Shown piece by piece: positions 62,728-64,000 of a stretch of DNA of 64,000 bases (positions are counted from its first letter, which is position 1; every line of letters begins with the position of its first letter). Source of the stretch: Candidatus Bathyarchaeota archaeon (lineage in GTDB: Archaea; Thermoproteota; Bathyarchaeia; Bathyarchaeales; Bathycorpusculaceae). The position numbers were made by a program, and so were the translations under genes. A model generated the notes under the pieces. The model saw only the letters and a program-made list of their open reading frames with translations, was not told the DNA's origin and did not search any database. The stretch is from positions 96,001 to 160,000 of the forward strand of contig OY970176.1 in the NCBI GenBank assembly GCA_963707955.1, in the 5' to 3' direction.

Positions 62728-63764
62728 CTGAGGAAGAAACTGTCAGGTTGATAGGCGAACTCTTTGTTGCGAGAAGAGATTGTCACTGCGTTCAGACACA
62801 ACACGGATACGTAAAAATCGATGAACCTTTAACCGACGATATCCTCAGAGAACACGTTCAAGGGAAGAAAACCCTCGGTAGTTATCAGCTCACGAAAGAC
62901 AGTCACGTAAAGTGGTTGTGTTTTGACTTTGACCCTGAGAAACTACACGATCCGAAAGAGGCGGTTCTGAAGGTTCTCAAAGTTTGTTCTGAAGAGAAAG
63001 GAGACACAGATGGAAAGAAGACACCGCGAATCTTTCCGAAAGCAATCTTGTTAGAGGCAAGTCGTTTTCCTGATCCGTCTTATCACGTTTGGGTATTGTT
63101 TCAACCTGACGTACCCGCTAAGGTTGCTCACTGGCTCGGACTCAGAATGTTAGAACTCGGAAGTCTGAACCCTAAAGAAGTCGAGGTCTTTCCGAAACAA
63201 ACAGAGCTTTCAGTTGATAGGCCGTTTGGGAACTTTGTCAAACTACCGTGTGGCTTTCATCAGGTAGAAAAGAAGTGGTCTCGGTTTCTTGATCCGTCAA
63301 CCTTTGAACCCTTGTCTCTCTCGATACTCAGTGACGTTCAAGGGATAAACTTCCTTGAGTCCGACTTGAAAGAGATAGAGGCGTTTGAAGAGAAGAGACA
63401 CGTTCAAGTCACGTTTACTCTCCCACAAGAACGCGAACCGTTGAAAGACAAAGAGGAAGAACGCATCGCACGGTTTCTCGCGAAATACTGGCGACAACCC
63501 ACACCAGATAATAAAAGCGGAAACAGAAACTATCTTGAAATGGCCTTTCTCGGATGGGCGATCAAAAAAGGCATACCATTCGAGTCCGCATACAGAATCG
63601 TTGAACAAGTCACGACTCTGACTTCAGACGAGGAACGTGAACAGAGACTTCAACTTGTTCGGTATCACTATCAGAACCGACGAAACATCGGGTCGAACCT
63701 TCTCGGCATCAGCGGTTTGAAAGAAGTCATAGGGGAAACTCTGACGGAGGGTCTGACGACATGA
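62724..63764 (+). CDS. Archaeo-eukaryotic primase (AEP/PrimPol) with helical PriCT-like C-terminus
   Basis: WLCFDFD (DxD), YHVW, EVFPKQ, GNFVKLP; GNRN..helical tail. Confidence 0.8.
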   Translation: MTEEETVRLIGELFVARRDCHCVQTQHGYVKIDEPLTDDILREHVQGKKTLGSYQLTKDSHVKWLCFDFDPEKLHDPKEAVLKVLKVCSEEKGDTDGKKTPRIFPKAILLEASRFPDPSYHVWVLFQPDVPAKVAHWLGLRMLELGSLNPKEVEVFPKQTELSVDRPFGNFVKLPCGFHQVEKKWSRFLDPSTFEPLSLSILSDVQGINFLESDLKEIEAFEEKRHVQVTFTLPQEREPLKDKEEERIARFLAKYWRQPTPDNKSGNRNYLEMAFLGWAIKKGIPFESAYRIVEQVTTLTSDEEREQRLQLVRYHYQNRRNIGSNLLGISGLKEVIGETLTEGLTT

Positions 63765-64000
63765 GTGCGCGTGAACTTGAACACGCCGAACAATCTGAAA
63801 GATCAAGACTCTTACAAGCTCAGCCGCATGTTCTACATCCCGCTGGCGGCATCTATGAAAACTTTGTCTACGAACCCATCTCCGCGAGAGAATATGTCTG
63901 GGCGACGATAGAAGGCCACAAAGGGATCAGTCAGAAACAGACCGAGTATGAAGATGATGAACATCAGAAAAGACCTCACTTCTCAATCAACATCGACGGA
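63761..64000 (+). CDS. 5' part of an ORF coupled to the primase (truncated by window end)
   Basis: ATGA overlap, GGAGGG RBS, 80 codons without a stop. Confidence 0.65.
   Translation, partial: MSARELEHAEQSERSRLLQAQPHVLHPAGGIYENFVYEPISAREYVWATIEGHKGISQKQTEYEDDEHQKRPHFSINIDG

Larger units (their letters stand above)
60460..64000. mobile_element. Left end of an integrated element (provirus or integrative plasmid), continues past the window
   Basis: Tyrosine recombinase, orphan ORF, AbrB, overlapping micro-ORFs, AEP primase and a coupled downstream ORF. Confidence 0.75.

Overview
Archaeal chromosomal segment, most consistent with Bathyarchaeia (gatD/gatE, archaeal Elp3, RIO2, Sm protein, BHB-intron tRNAs; taxonomy is inference). 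0.2-17 kb is an accessory amino-acid/peptide catabolic region: a HypD-type glycyl radical enzyme with its activase, three M29-fold peptidase paralogs, a hydantoin-racemase-like enzyme, a Dpp-type ABC importer, an MFS transporter, and a nitroreductase + small helical protein pair resembling the two-subunit cyclodipeptide oxidase AlbA/AlbB with no cyclodipeptide synthase in the window. I propose this is a cyclic dipeptide (diketopiperazine) uptake and catabolism system. A tRNA-Tyr(GTA) at 17.4 kb reconstructs only after removing four introns. The middle holds central metabolism and housekeeping genes (pyk, 2-oxoacid:ferredoxin oxidoreductase, pyrH, gatDE, elp3, tRNA-Leu) plus a nurA-herA pair beside four related winged-helix proteins. 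The right part has transport/stress genes, mgtA behind a long structured leader, a TFS paralog lacking the catalytic acidic hairpin, and the left end of an integrated element (tyrosine recombinase, AbrB, AEP primase). A GCGCGC(TA) motif recurs in intergenic DNA throughout. Family assignments come from motif recognition and recalled reference sequences; no database search was run.
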